Source: an uncultured virus (IMG/VR IMGVR_UViG_2671181139_000006)
Lineage: Duplodnaviria; Heunggongvirae; Uroviricota; Caudoviricetes
IMG/VR virus record: IMGVR_UViG_2671181139_000006
Strand: one strand, 5' to 3'
DNA: 64,000 bases
Shown one piece after another: positions 18,484 to 28,011 of the stretch (position 1 is the first letter of the stretch; each line of letters starts with the position of its first letter). The notes beneath the pieces were generated by a model. That model was not told the origin of the DNA. It ran no database searches and saw only the letters and a program-made list of their open reading frames with translations. Made by a program: the position numbers and the translations under genes.

Positions 18484-18983
18484 GCTTTATTCAACTAAAA
18501 GACGATGCTCTAATTGACCGTATGACGCAGGCAGCTGATCGTATGGGTGATACCACTCCACTAGCGGCAGCCATTGCAAACACTTTTGCAACCATAACAG
18601 ATGACAACTTTGATGCTGGTGGGCGTCCTAAATGGGCGGGTCTTTCTCCTGATCGATCAGAACCCTCATTCTTATATCAGTCAGGGAATTTGCGACGCAG
18701 TATCACTACTCAACATACCAGTGACCAAGCTATTATTGGCACCAATGTGCCTTATGCTGCCATTCTACATAACGGTGGGAAAACACGACCACATGTAATC
18801 CGCCCTAGAAATAAACAGGCATTGTCATTCAATGGTAAGGTGTTTAAACAAGTAAATCACCCGGGCAGTAAGTTCCCGGCACGTCCATTCTTACCGATGG
18901 ATGAACATGGATTCTTACAACGTGAAGCTGAAGATGCTGTCTTTGATGATGTTGATTTCTACTGGCACAAAAGCTTTGCATAA
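18480..18983 (+). CDS. Virion morphogenesis protein (Mu gpG)
   Basis: SGNLRRSI, GTNVPYAAILHNGG, PARPFL. Confidence 0.88.
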   Translation: MSFIQLKDDALIDRMTQAADRMGDTTPLAAAIANTFATITDDNFDAGGRPKWAGLSPDRSEPSFLYQSGNLRRSITTQHTSDQAIIGTNVPYAAILHNGGKTRPHVIRPRNKQALSFNGKVFKQVNHPGSKFPARPFLPMDEHGFLQREAEDAVFDDVDFYWHKSFA

Positions 18984-18999
18984 AAATAATTAAAACTGG

Positions 19000-19075
19000 G
19001 CGGAAGTCCTTCCGCCTGATCTTTTCTTTCTCTCCAATCTAATCTCATAACATCTTTTTAAAAGTAGATGTTATG
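19000..19075 (+). promoter_or_regulatory. Late promoter 3 (-10 TAATCT; perfect 10-bp hairpin covering ATG)
   Basis: Palindrome; CATAACATCT/AGATGTTATG. Confidence 0.8.
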
Positions 19076-20158
19076 CCTAAATCAATTCTTGTTGCTTCAT
19101 GCTCATTTGACTTGAATGCTACATCAACTCGTCTAGTCCTTGTTCCTGAAGGAACGTTTAGTGGAGTTGATGGACGACCTTTTGATGCTCCGCACTGGAT
19201 ACTTACTCCAGAGCGTGGTGAGCAGATTGTTGCTGCATTAAATCAACGTGCAGTTGATATGGTTATTGATTATGAACATGCAACATTGAAAGCACAGGAA
19301 ACTGGTGAACCAGCTCCAGCTTCAGGGTGGCTCAAGGCAGCATCTTTTTCATACATCAAGGGAGTTGGCATATGTAGTACTAATTTTAAATGGCTCGATA
19401 AGGCTAAAGACCATATCGAGAAGGAAGAATATAAGTATTTATCCCCCGTTCTTTTTTATACCAAAAATACTGGTGAAGTCGTTGGACTTCATAGTGTCGC
19501 ATTAACCAACACTCCGAACTTAGACAATCTACCCGAGGCTCAACTTGCTGCCTTGGCACAGGATTACTTTACCCAAAATTCACCACAGGAATCTGAAATG
19601 GATGAGTTATTAGAAGCTCTGCGCTGGATGTTAAATCTGCCATTGTCTGCAACACCAGAAGAAATTAAGGCAGAACTTGACAAGTTGTCAGCGAAAATTC
19701 AAGACCAAACAGGTGTGACAGTTGCTGCAAATGGTCAGAACCTATTTGACGCCATAGCTGCAATTGAACAGATCAAAGTAGCTGCAAACAGCCAAGCTAC
19801 AGTTGATATGACTCAATTTGTTCCAATGGCTGTGTATCAAGAAGCTATTGCAAATGCTGGTAATGCTGTTGTAGCTGCAAAAGAAAAAGAAATTGATGAC
19901 CTGATCTTGGCTGCGTGCAGTGATGGCCGTCTGACTGGTGAGGCAACCATTAAATATTACAAGGATCAGGCAAAAACCAACCCTGACTTTGTGAAAGCAC
20001 AGATTGAAGGCTTGCCAATCATTGCAGCTTTAACTCAACGCCAAACCACTACAGTGGATTTAGGCAAACAACAACCTCAACAGACAGATGAATTGAAAGA
20101 TGAAGTCTTTTCAATGTTGGGTGTAAATCAAGCTGACGTTGACAAGTATGGAGCATAA
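19073..20158 (+). CDS. Prohead protease/scaffold (Mu gpI)
   Basis: DGRP, IDYEH, PAPASGW, EYKYLSPV, VALTNTP. Confidence 0.92.
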   Translation: MPKSILVASCSFDLNATSTRLVLVPEGTFSGVDGRPFDAPHWILTPERGEQIVAALNQRAVDMVIDYEHATLKAQETGEPAPASGWLKAASFSYIKGVGICSTNFKWLDKAKDHIEKEEYKYLSPVLFYTKNTGEVVGLHSVALTNTPNLDNLPEAQLAALAQDYFTQNSPQESEMDELLEALRWMLNLPLSATPEEIKAELDKLSAKIQDQTGVTVAANGQNLFDAIAAIEQIKVAANSQATVDMTQFVPMAVYQEAIANAGNAVVAAKEKEIDDLILAACSDGRLTGEATIKYYKDQAKTNPDFVKAQIEGLPIIAALTQRQTTTVDLGKQQPQQTDELKDEVFSMLGVNQADVDKYGA

Positions 20159-20161
20159 CAA

Positions 20162-20584
20162 ATGACTAAAGCTACAGCAGGTATTAATACCGAATATCGT
20201 GATGGAATTCTATTTCCAGTTTCTTTAGCAGCCGAAGCTATTGTTTTGCAAGGAACTTTTGCTGTTGTAGGACCTGATGGGTTAGCAATTTCTTCAGCAG
20301 CTGTTGGTGGAGATGATCAAACCTGTATTGGCATTTGGGAAAACGATGCGGAAAACACTCCGGAGAGTGGTCAAGAGTACGGGATTGTGCGTCGCAATAA
20401 GCATGTCCTTGTTTCAAATTCTTCTGCCGATCCAGTCACACAAGCTGAGTTAGGCAAGCAAATTTATATCGAAGATAACCAAACAGTAGCCAAAACAGAT
20501 GGTGCTGGAACACGTTCAGTAGCTGGGCGTTTCATGGGATTTGATACTGAATATACAACCCAAGTATGGGTGGAGATTGCATAA
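20162..20584 (+). CDS. Putative head decoration/cement protein
   Basis: YIEDNQTVAKT..RSVAG; between protease and capsid. Confidence 0.65.
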   Translation: MTKATAGINTEYRDGILFPVSLAAEAIVLQGTFAVVGPDGLAISSAAVGGDDQTCIGIWENDAENTPESGQEYGIVRRNKHVLVSNSSADPVTQAELGKQIYIEDNQTVAKTDGAGTRSVAGRFMGFDTEYTTQVWVEIA

Positions 20585-21513
20585 TGAAATTTACTGCACA
20601 AAATGCTAAGCAAGTTTTGGCCCACCTATTTACAGGTTTCAAAACAACTTTCAATAAATCTTTTACCGAAACAGAAACGACATGGCAGCGTATTGCTACT
20701 GAAGTGCCGTCTCAAAGCAAAGCAGAAAATTATGCTTGGTTAGGTAAGTTCCCAAAGCTACGTGAATGGATTGGTGACAAAGTCATTAAACGTCTTGAAG
20801 GTTATGGTTACACCATTACTAATAGAAGTTTTGAATCAACTGTAGCTGTTCATAAACATGAAATTCAAGATGGTGACATTTTAGGTCTACCTATTATTTT
20901 CGCCTCTATGGGTGAGGAAGCTAAACAGTTTCCACAAGATGTTGTTTTTGAAGCCTTAACCACGGGGTTTGAAAATAAGTGTTTTGACGGGAAAACATTC
21001 TATGCCACAGACCATCCTGTCGGTGATAAGAAAAAATCAACTTTCTCAAATAAATTGTCCGCGAAATTGTCATGGGCAAGTTTGGATGAAGCTAATGCCA
21101 GCTTCGGTGCTGCTAAAACGATGATGACCAGTTTAAAAGATGAAAATGGTCGTAGTTTAAAAATTAAGCCAGATTTATTGGTGGTTCCACCAGCACTTGA
21201 ATCAGTAGCAACAGCATTAATGACAGCTGCCAAATTTGCTGACGGCACTGAAAATATCTACAAAGGTAATGTTGAAGTATTGGTAGATGCTGGCTTGGCT
21301 ACTGACACGGAATGGCATTTGCTATCAACGAAAAAAGTCATCAAACCAATTATTTGGCAAATTCGTGAGAAGGCTAACTTGGTGTCTCAAACAGACATTG
21401 AGTCTGGCGATGTCTTCAAACGTGGTGAATATCTTTTTGGTGTCGAAGCTCGTGGAGAAGCTGGATACAGCTTGCCTCATCTAGCGGTTGGTTCAACTGG
21501 TACTGGAGCTTAA
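20584..21513 (+). CDS. Major capsid protein (Mu gpT)
   Basis: YAWLGKFPKLREWIG, CFDGKTFY.TDHP, LLVVPPALE; ATG at 20584. Confidence 0.92.
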   Translation: MKFTAQNAKQVLAHLFTGFKTTFNKSFTETETTWQRIATEVPSQSKAENYAWLGKFPKLREWIGDKVIKRLEGYGYTITNRSFESTVAVHKHEIQDGDILGLPIIFASMGEEAKQFPQDVVFEALTTGFENKCFDGKTFYATDHPVGDKKKSTFSNKLSAKLSWASLDEANASFGAAKTMMTSLKDENGRSLKIKPDLLVVPPALESVATALMTAAKFADGTENIYKGNVEVLVDAGLATDTEWHLLSTKKVIKPIIWQIREKANLVSQTDIESGDVFKRGEYLFGVEARGEAGYSLPHLAVGSTGTGA

Positions 21514-21516
21514 ACC

Positions 21517-21951
21517 ATGAGCTATGCAACGGCAGACGCGATGATCAAAAAGTTCGGTGAGCATGAGTTAATTCAACTCACTGATAATGAAGAATCTGAA
21601 TATTTAGATGCTATTAACTACGATAAGTTGAATGCAGCACTGCAAGAAGCTAACTCGGAAATTGATGGTTATCTGATGGGTCGCTATAAGCTGCCGTTGC
21701 AAACGGTCCCCCCATTCCTTGAAAGCCTTGCTTGCCATATTGCGCGTTACCATGCATGCACAGGTGCAATGACTGACGATGACCCGATCCGTACCCGTTA
21801 TATCGATGCCATTAATAAATTGAAAGATATTTCTAAAGGTATTGTTGGTGTCGGTGGTACACCAGCTGGTGAGTCTGAACCTGTTAAAACCTCATCCAAT
21901 AATGTGATGTTCCAAGTTGGACGTCATGACTTTGGAGGTAAAGGCTGGTGA
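21517..21951 (+). CDS. Head-tail connector (Mu gp36/DUF1320)
   Basis: MSYAT..FG..EL, EIDGYL.GRY.LPL, CHIARY. Confidence 0.88.
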   Translation: MSYATADAMIKKFGEHELIQLTDNEESEYLDAINYDKLNAALQEANSEIDGYLMGRYKLPLQTVPPFLESLACHIARYHACTGAMTDDDPIRTRYIDAINKLKDISKGIVGVGGTPAGESEPVKTSSNNVMFQVGRHDFGGKGW

Positions 21952-22556
21952 TTGATTTAGGTGCTGTCGAGCAAGGCCTTAAGGATGTCATGGCTAAGCA
22001 AGTTACTGACAAAAAATGGCTTTGGGTCAAAGAAATCAAAACCTATGGTGGTGAATTTGATGAGGGCTTGACCGCTATTATCAGAGCTTTTCCAGCCATA
22101 TGGGTAGTTTTTGAGGGTTCGGGAACGCCCAAAAAGATTAGTTATAACAAGACTCAATACCCTGTGAAATTTGTTGTGCTCGTCGGTGCACGCTCTGTCC
22201 GTAATGAAGAAGCGCGCCGCCAAGGTGCTGGGCGTGATATCGGGACATACGAAATGTTAGACCGAGTGCAGAAACTGCTGATTGGCAATGACCTGTCTTC
22301 CGTTGGTGTAACTGGACTGGAACCTCTTGAACTTGGTCGCACCAAAACAATCTTTAACACCAAAACACGTGAACAGTCTATTAGCGTGCTTTCTCAAGAA
22401 TTTACAACGCAATACACAATTACTGCTTCTGATCGTGACCGTGAAGAAGATGAAACTATCGGTGAAATCCACCGTATCAATGTCAATTATTTCTTTGAGC
22501 CGGGTGATGATGTCGTAGACGCATCTGATCTGGTTGAACTGAAGGAAAATGAATAA
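21948..22556 (+). CDS. Tail terminator (Mu gp37/DUF1834)
   Basis: TYGGEFD, FPAIWV, RNEEARRQG. Confidence 0.85.
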   Translation: MIDLGAVEQGLKDVMAKQVTDKKWLWVKEIKTYGGEFDEGLTAIIRAFPAIWVVFEGSGTPKKISYNKTQYPVKFVVLVGARSVRNEEARRQGAGRDIGTYEMLDRVQKLLIGNDLSSVGVTGLEPLELGRTKTIFNTKTREQSISVLSQEFTTQYTITASDRDREEDETIGEIHRINVNYFFEPGDDVVDASDLVELKENE

Positions 22557-22903
22557 TGAGTATTCCTGCGGGCATTAAAACACCGGGCGTTTATACAGAC
22601 GTCAATATCAATACCCTCCGCACAGGGCTTCCAGCCAATGAGCAAAAAGTACTTTTTGTGACGCTAGATGTTTTGTCCGGACAATTCACTCCAGTTGATG
22701 TCTATGACACAGCTGGTGCCGATGCTAAGTTTGGTGCCAATTCACAAGCTGGTCGTATGATTAAAGCAGCGGTAAAAACTTATCGTCTTGTTAATGCTCA
22801 GGCTGTGGCATTGGCAGTTGAAGGCGTACAAACACAGGCAGCTCTTCAGACTGAAAGTGGAAGCGCACTTTTAACTGAAGATGGTGCTTTGATTGAACCT
22901 TGA
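22556..22903 (+). CDS. Tail sheath N-terminal fragment (Mu gpL-like) with LxTExGxxLxTExG tail
   Basis: IP.GIKTPGVY..GLP...KVL..A...FG.NS..GRMIKAA resembles sheath N-terminus. Confidence 0.75.
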   Translation: MSIPAGIKTPGVYTDVNINTLRTGLPANEQKVLFVTLDVLSGQFTPVDVYDTAGADAKFGANSQAGRMIKAAVKTYRLVNAQAVALAVEGVQTQAALQTESGSALLTEDGALIEP

Positions 22904-22914
22904 GGTACTAATTA

Positions 22915-25900
22915 ATGGCTCAACAAACAATTGTTATTGAAGTACCCGGCAAATCAATTAGTGAGCTTGAACCAACTTCAAGCGTTTCACCTAATGATGT
23001 TTTGCCAGTGGTTCAAGGTGAAGAAACAAAGAAAGCGCCATTAGAGCAAGTAGCTGATCTAGTCAAGGCTGGGTTGGGTTCTGCTGCATTAAAAAATGTG
23101 GAAGATTTTGCAACACCCGATACTGTTTTATCAGTAGCTCAAGCAAGCCAGTTACGGGATGATGCACAAAATGAACGTATTGATAATGTTGAATATTCAG
23201 TGACTACGATTGCGAATGGTACTGATGCTTCATTCAATACTTATGCTGAGATGATTGCATATACACCACCACAAGCGAATGTTTCTGTGCGTGTTAATGC
23301 AGACCCTGATCCTGAAAAAAATGGAACATATACTTGGAATGGCAGTACATATACAAAAGGTTTTGATCTAAAACTGGCTGTTATTCAAGAAGCTGAAGAA
23401 TTTATTTTGAATAATAAAATCGATGCGTCATTGGTATATGAAGAATTAAAAAGATTCGCACTTTTTTCTGATAGTCATTTAGTTGCCTCACCAGTAATTT
23501 CAACTTTTTTTATTGAAGTCCAAGCTGGTGACATCTTAACTGTCCAGTCAGCATTGGGTGACAGTAATACAGGAAGCAAAATTGACTATGCATTTCAGCT
23601 AGATACTAATCGAAAAATGAAGTTTGTATTGTTTTCATATATATCGACTGGCTTAAATGTAATGCAAACATATTCTGTGACCGCGCAAGAGAAAGGATTT
23701 ATCGCATTACGTGTCAGAACTGGAGATCCAAGTTTTAGTTATGATATTTCAAAGCAGGAAAATATCTTTGTAACGCCAACATTGCTCAAATCTGAAAAGA
23801 ATGCGAACCTCGGTATCGTAGAACATGTTTCATCATTGCCGATTTATCAAAAGCAAGATTTCAGTAATAGTCAATATGAAATCGGATATGTGATTAATAT
23901 TGATGGTACAAAAACAAATACATCAGATACGACGTGGAGAAATTATTATATTGATGTAAAACAAGGTGATGTTGTAGAGGTGTTCGCAACAACTGGCGAT
24001 GGTACAACAAACTTAGATATGTCTTTTGTAGCACAACTGAGCAAAGACAAGACCTTCTTAAATAATTTAAAATCATTTAAGACCACAGGTTATGCTTATA
24101 ACATTGCTTCAGCTACAGTTTTCGCTGAAAAAGAAGGTTATATTTATATTCGTGCAAGAGTCGGTACAAAACCTAAAATCCTAAGAACTCGTGCTAACTT
24201 CATGCAACGTTCTGATTTTGGTTCGATGCTTGAAGAAAACATTGTTACTACGACTGATCTCACAAATTACCCATATTTTGATACTAATTATATCTATGAT
24301 GTCGGTGGTATTAAAACCAGTGTGCCTATTGAATCTGGCTGGCGAAGTTACTTCTTTGAATGTGATAAGGGAGATATTTTTACATATAATGGCAGAGTCG
24401 GTTCAGGCACTGTTGGTCAACAGATGCTCTATATTGCTCAATTTGATAGTAATAGAAATTACGTTTCAACTTTAGCGACATACACATCAACTGGTAATAA
24501 TGCTGCAATAGCAAATCTTGTAGGAACAGCAACACAGTCTGGTTTTGTGTATGTCCGTGCACGTACAATGACCGCTGCAAATCCAGCTTATACAATCTTT
24601 AAATCATCCAAAAATTTTGCTTCAAATTCTGATGTATCCAAGGCATTAACAAAAGTTTCTGCTATTGATATGAAGTTAAATCAGACTATTGGAATCATTA
24701 ATGACACTGTTCAACTAAAAGTTGAGGAAGCATTAGACGGTAATATCGATCAAAAGATCAATGAAATTGCAGCTGAGAAAGTCACTGAAATTGCAGCAAG
24801 CACGATTGAGTCTAATGTTGCTGAGGCAATTGCTAATAGTGATGTTTCAAACATTACAAAAGTTGATGTACAGCTTGAAAAATTACCAGTCTCGACATCG
24901 AATGACCATGGTTACAACTTTGCCCCATTTACTCAAAATAATGTAGTTACTTTTGATGATTATCAATACGTTATTGTTATAGATAAGAATAGAAGCCCGA
25001 TTATTTTGCAGCGTTATAAATTGGGTTCATGGAATACTTTTGATCTATCAACAATCGCTGGAAATCCATTTGCTTCACCGAATGCGGGGGACGGGCATAA
25101 TAATTTTGGTGTAACAGTAACTAAAAATGGATTTATCTTGATCACTGGTAATCATCACAACAATGTATGTCGCTGTGTAATTAGCAATAATCCGCATGAT
25201 ATTTCTGGATGGCAACGAATTTATTATACAAATTCAACTGTTGTCACATATCCGCGATTTGTTCGTTATCCCGATGGTACAACACAGGCTTTTTGGCGTG
25301 AAGGCCAATCAGGTGATGGTGCTTTTTTTGCTTCAATTTTTGATGATGTGAATAAAGTTTTTAATGTGAAGGTCAAACTCATAGATCAGGCGAGTACAGT
25401 TGTATCAAATCCATATGAACAACGTGTTGGAGTTGCTTCAGATGGGTCACTGCATCTTTGCTGGGGATACCGTACGCAATCATCATCAGCGAATACTAAT
25501 TTTGGTATGTTTTACGCAAAATCTTCAGATAAGGGAGTGACATGGACAAGCGCAAGTGGCGCAAATTCGTATGCTTTACCACTGAATGATGTTCGTTCTG
25601 AACTAATCTTCAATGCACCGGCGGGTTCAGGCTTTGTAAATCAAAATGGTGGTTGTTGTGATTTGAACTCTCGATATCACACTGTTATTACGCAATATGA
25701 TGGTAATGACAAAACTCAGATTTGTCATATCTGGTTCGACGGATCGACATGGAAAAGTGAGTTAGTAAGTGACTTTACTTTTAAGTATGACCTGTCAGGA
25801 CCATTAACTACAAATCAACTATCTCGTCCACTAATTGCGGTTACACAGTTTGGGAAAATCTTTGTTCTATACCGAACTTCACATATGAATCGTCAAAATC

Positions 25901-26115
25901 ACATTCGTTGTATTGATGTTTCAACACCAAATGCTCCTATTGATTTCTGTCTCACAAAATTCAATATGAATTTACTTGAACTAAGCTTGAACACTGACTA
26001 TGCAATAAATAGTAATGAGTTGGTATTCCTATTAAGTCGAGGTGCAGGTGATGTTGAAAATGCACTCTGGAAAAACCAAAGCACTTACTTGCTTACCGCA
26101 CCTTTAATGATTTAA
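22915..26115 (+). CDS. Fibre/spike-like protein with tandem beta modules and C-terminal BNR-4-type beta-propeller (putative depolymerase)
   Basis: ISELE..D.LPVVQG.ETKK N-terminus; DGHN..GNHH, TYPRF..F.WREG.SGDG, Asp-box YAKSSDKGVTW. Confidence 0.75.
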   Translation: MAQQTIVIEVPGKSISELEPTSSVSPNDVLPVVQGEETKKAPLEQVADLVKAGLGSAALKNVEDFATPDTVLSVAQASQLRDDAQNERIDNVEYSVTTIANGTDASFNTYAEMIAYTPPQANVSVRVNADPDPEKNGTYTWNGSTYTKGFDLKLAVIQEAEEFILNNKIDASLVYEELKRFALFSDSHLVASPVISTFFIEVQAGDILTVQSALGDSNTGSKIDYAFQLDTNRKMKFVLFSYISTGLNVMQTYSVTAQEKGFIALRVRTGDPSFSYDISKQENIFVTPTLLKSEKNANLGIVEHVSSLPIYQKQDFSNSQYEIGYVINIDGTKTNTSDTTWRNYYIDVKQGDVVEVFATTGDGTTNLDMSFVAQLSKDKTFLNNLKSFKTTGYAYNIASATVFAEKEGYIYIRARVGTKPKILRTRANFMQRSDFGSMLEENIVTTTDLTNYPYFDTNYIYDVGGIKTSVPIESGWRSYFFECDKGDIFTYNGRVGSGTVGQQMLYIAQFDSNRNYVSTLATYTSTGNNAAIANLVGTATQSGFVYVRARTMTAANPAYTIFKSSKNFASNSDVSKALTKVSAIDMKLNQTIGIINDTVQLKVEEALDGNIDQKINEIAAEKVTEIAASTIESNVAEAIANSDVSNITKVDVQLEKLPVSTSNDHGYNFAPFTQNNVVTFDDYQYVIVIDKNRSPIILQRYKLGSWNTFDLSTIAGNPFASPNAGDGHNNFGVTVTKNGFILITGNHHNNVCRCVISNNPHDISGWQRIYYTNSTVVTYPRFVRYPDGTTQAFWREGQSGDGAFFASIFDDVNKVFNVKVKLIDQASTVVSNPYEQRVGVASDGSLHLCWGYRTQSSSANTNFGMFYAKSSDKGVTWTSASGANSYALPLNDVRSELIFNAPAGSGFVNQNGGCCDLNSRYHTVITQYDGNDKTQICHIWFDGSTWKSELVSDFTFKYDLSGPLTTNQLSRPLIAVTQFGKIFVLYRTSHMNRQNHIRCIDVSTPNAPIDFCLTKFNMNLLELSLNTDYAINSNELVFLLSRGAGDVENALWKNQSTYLLTAPLMI

Positions 26116-26131
26116 AAGATAGGTATTAATC

Positions 26132-26941
26132 ATGACTCTTCAAAATACACTCGATACAATCAAACCACTTGGTCACACAATCATTGCAGTGTCAGCTCCA
26201 CCAGCAGCTGGAGCTGACACAACTGCGTGGATCGACCACCTAACATCTGTCAGCGATTCAATTGAACAACGTCCAGCAATTTTGGTTATACCGTTCTCTG
26301 ACATCGTTGCTGCTGAAACCTTTGCTGATCAAGCACCTGTCAAAACAAACTACCGTGTTGTTGTTGTTTGTTATAACGGTGCGGCTGGTCAGGAACCTGA
26401 GCTTGCTGGTGCAATGGCTGCTGCTTTAGCTGACTCTAATGACCCAGCATTACCATTCGATGGTGTCAATCTAGGAGGCATTACACCCGTTGCTGATGAG
26501 TTCAAACTGACATTTGAGCGAATGGAAGCAGCAATGAATAAAGGTGTTTGTATGATTGAGACAGGCGCTGATGGTAAACCAGAAATTGTACGTGCTATTT
26601 CAACTTATCGTATGAACCCGGACTCAGGTGAATCAGATGACTTAATGCTTGATATCAATGGCGCATTGGTCGTGGACTATACTCGAAAAGTTGTTCGTCA
26701 GGACCTGAAGAAAGAACGTCGTCGTAAAAACACAGCAGCCCAACGTCGTAATGTCAAATCTATCATTTCTGCACGTGTGATCCAGCTTGAAGACGCGGAA
26801 ATCTTAGAAAATGTCCGTGATAATCTGGATGAAATTATTGTGTCTCCTGATGCTACAGATGGTTACCGTGTAAATGTCAAAATCCCTACTTACTGGGTAC
26901 GTGGTATGCATGTAATTGCAACAACGCTTGATATTTACTAA
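26132..26941 (+). CDS. Tail sheath C-terminal fragment
   Basis: DPALPF, GV..I..IVRAISTY, LEDAEILENV, VRGMHVIA; upstream of tube. Confidence 0.85.
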   Translation: MTLQNTLDTIKPLGHTIIAVSAPPAAGADTTAWIDHLTSVSDSIEQRPAILVIPFSDIVAAETFADQAPVKTNYRVVVVCYNGAAGQEPELAGAMAAALADSNDPALPFDGVNLGGITPVADEFKLTFERMEAAMNKGVCMIETGADGKPEIVRAISTYRMNPDSGESDDLMLDINGALVVDYTRKVVRQDLKKERRRKNTAAQRRNVKSIISARVIQLEDAEILENVRDNLDEIIVSPDATDGYRVNVKIPTYWVRGMHVIATTLDIY

Positions 26942-26960
26942 TTATCCTATGAACTTTCAA

Positions 26961-26987
26961 AAAGGCCGCTTATTGCGGTCTTTTTTC
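26961..26987 (+). terminator. Rho-independent terminator
   Basis: AAAGGCCGC-TTATT-GCGGTCTTTTTT. Confidence 0.75.
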
Positions 26988-26994
26988 ATATTGA

Positions 26995-27061
26995 GCGGAA
27001 GTCCTTCCGCCTGATTTTATTTTTATATGCATTAGACAATGGGCCATCTTAAAAAAGAGTG
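26995..27061 (+). promoter_or_regulatory. Late promoter 4 (-10 GACAAT)
   Basis: Palindrome plus conserved spacing; upstream of tube. Confidence 0.8.
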
Positions 27062-27068
27062 TTGAACA

Positions 27069-27446
27069 ATGTCTGAAGATGCAGTTGGTGCAATCGTCAT
27101 GAGTTTTAACGGGCTGGATTATGACGTTGCTCGTTTTACATCAGCAATTACTACGGGCAACCGCCCAGTCCCTACAATGAACCGTAAAAAACGGGTGAAG
27201 TATAAATCAGAAGGCATCACAACCTATCAATTAACAGCTTCTGTAGTCATTCCTAATGGTAAGGATTCAGTTAATTGGTTGGCAGTTAAAGATGGTCGTC
27301 TTTCTGTTGAATCGCCTGATGGTAATTACCGTGAAACCTTTATTGATTGTAACGTGCAGTCAATTAGTAAGTCATATGAAGTAAATGGTGAAACCATGCG
27401 TGACTTGGAAATGTTCTGCTTAGATTATCTTGATGAAACACTATAG
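27069..27446 (+). CDS. Tail tube protein
   Basis: Size and position between sheath and chaperone. Confidence 0.75.
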   Translation: MSEDAVGAIVMSFNGLDYDVARFTSAITTGNRPVPTMNRKKRVKYKSEGITTYQLTASVVIPNGKDSVNWLAVKDGRLSVESPDGNYRETFIDCNVQSISKSYEVNGETMRDLEMFCLDYLDETL

Positions 27447-27457
27447 GTGTATGAAAA

Positions 27458-27793
27458 ATGAGTCAAATTGAAGGTACTTTACCCACAGCTTTGAAAAAGT
27501 TAGTCGGTCAAACTGATATCAAAAGCCGAAATATTGTGATGCGTCAGCCTACTGCAATTGAATATCTTAGTGCTCAAGCAAAAATTGAAGTTGGTCAATT
27601 TGTTCATATTGCTGATCTAGCATCAATGACTAAACTTGTTGATGATCAAGGTAATGAGCATGAAATCACTTATGACATGCTTGGTCATTCATCCCGTGCG
27701 AATTTGAAATATCTTGAAGGCTTACGTGATGCCTTAGATGCAAAGGAAGCAGCCGAGAGTTCCGAGCAAGAGCAAGAATCATCAGAAGACTGA
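27458..27793 (+). CDS. Tail assembly chaperone
   Basis: Position before tape measure; overlapping -1 frame. Confidence 0.75.
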   Translation: MSQIEGTLPTALKKLVGQTDIKSRNIVMRQPTAIEYLSAQAKIEVGQFVHIADLASMTKLVDDQGNEHEITYDMLGHSSRANLKYLEGLRDALDAKEAAESSEQEQESSED

Positions 27794-28008
27794 TAGATAT
27801 TGGTATTCCCCCAGATCAAGCGTTAAATATGCCGCTTGATCTGGCTGCGGCCTTACTCAGTGATGAGCGGCTTGATAATACTCATCAACAAAATACATCT
27901 AAACCACAATCATCTGTCACCACTCAAACCCAATCAAATGGGTCTAGTTCTACCGTGACAAAAACTTATGTGACTAATGTTCGCAGACATTCAAAACCAA
28001 AGGGCTAA
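27730..28008 (+). CDS. -1 frameshift extension of tail chaperone (G-T-like)
   Basis: -1 frame open 27730-28008 (..RRLIDIGIPPDQALNMPLDLAAALL..). Confidence 0.6.
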   Translation, partial: CLRCKGSSREFRARARIIRRLIDIGIPPDQALNMPLDLAAALLSDERLDNTHQQNTSKPQSSVTTQTQSNGSSSTVTKTYVTNVRRHSKPKG

Positions 28009-28011
28009 GCT

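Noticed and set aside
22904..26131. Intron, intein or read-through joining the sheath fragments
   Set aside because: No splice, intein or IS motifs; an in-frame TAA follows the N-fragment stop; insert is in a different frame with its own SD
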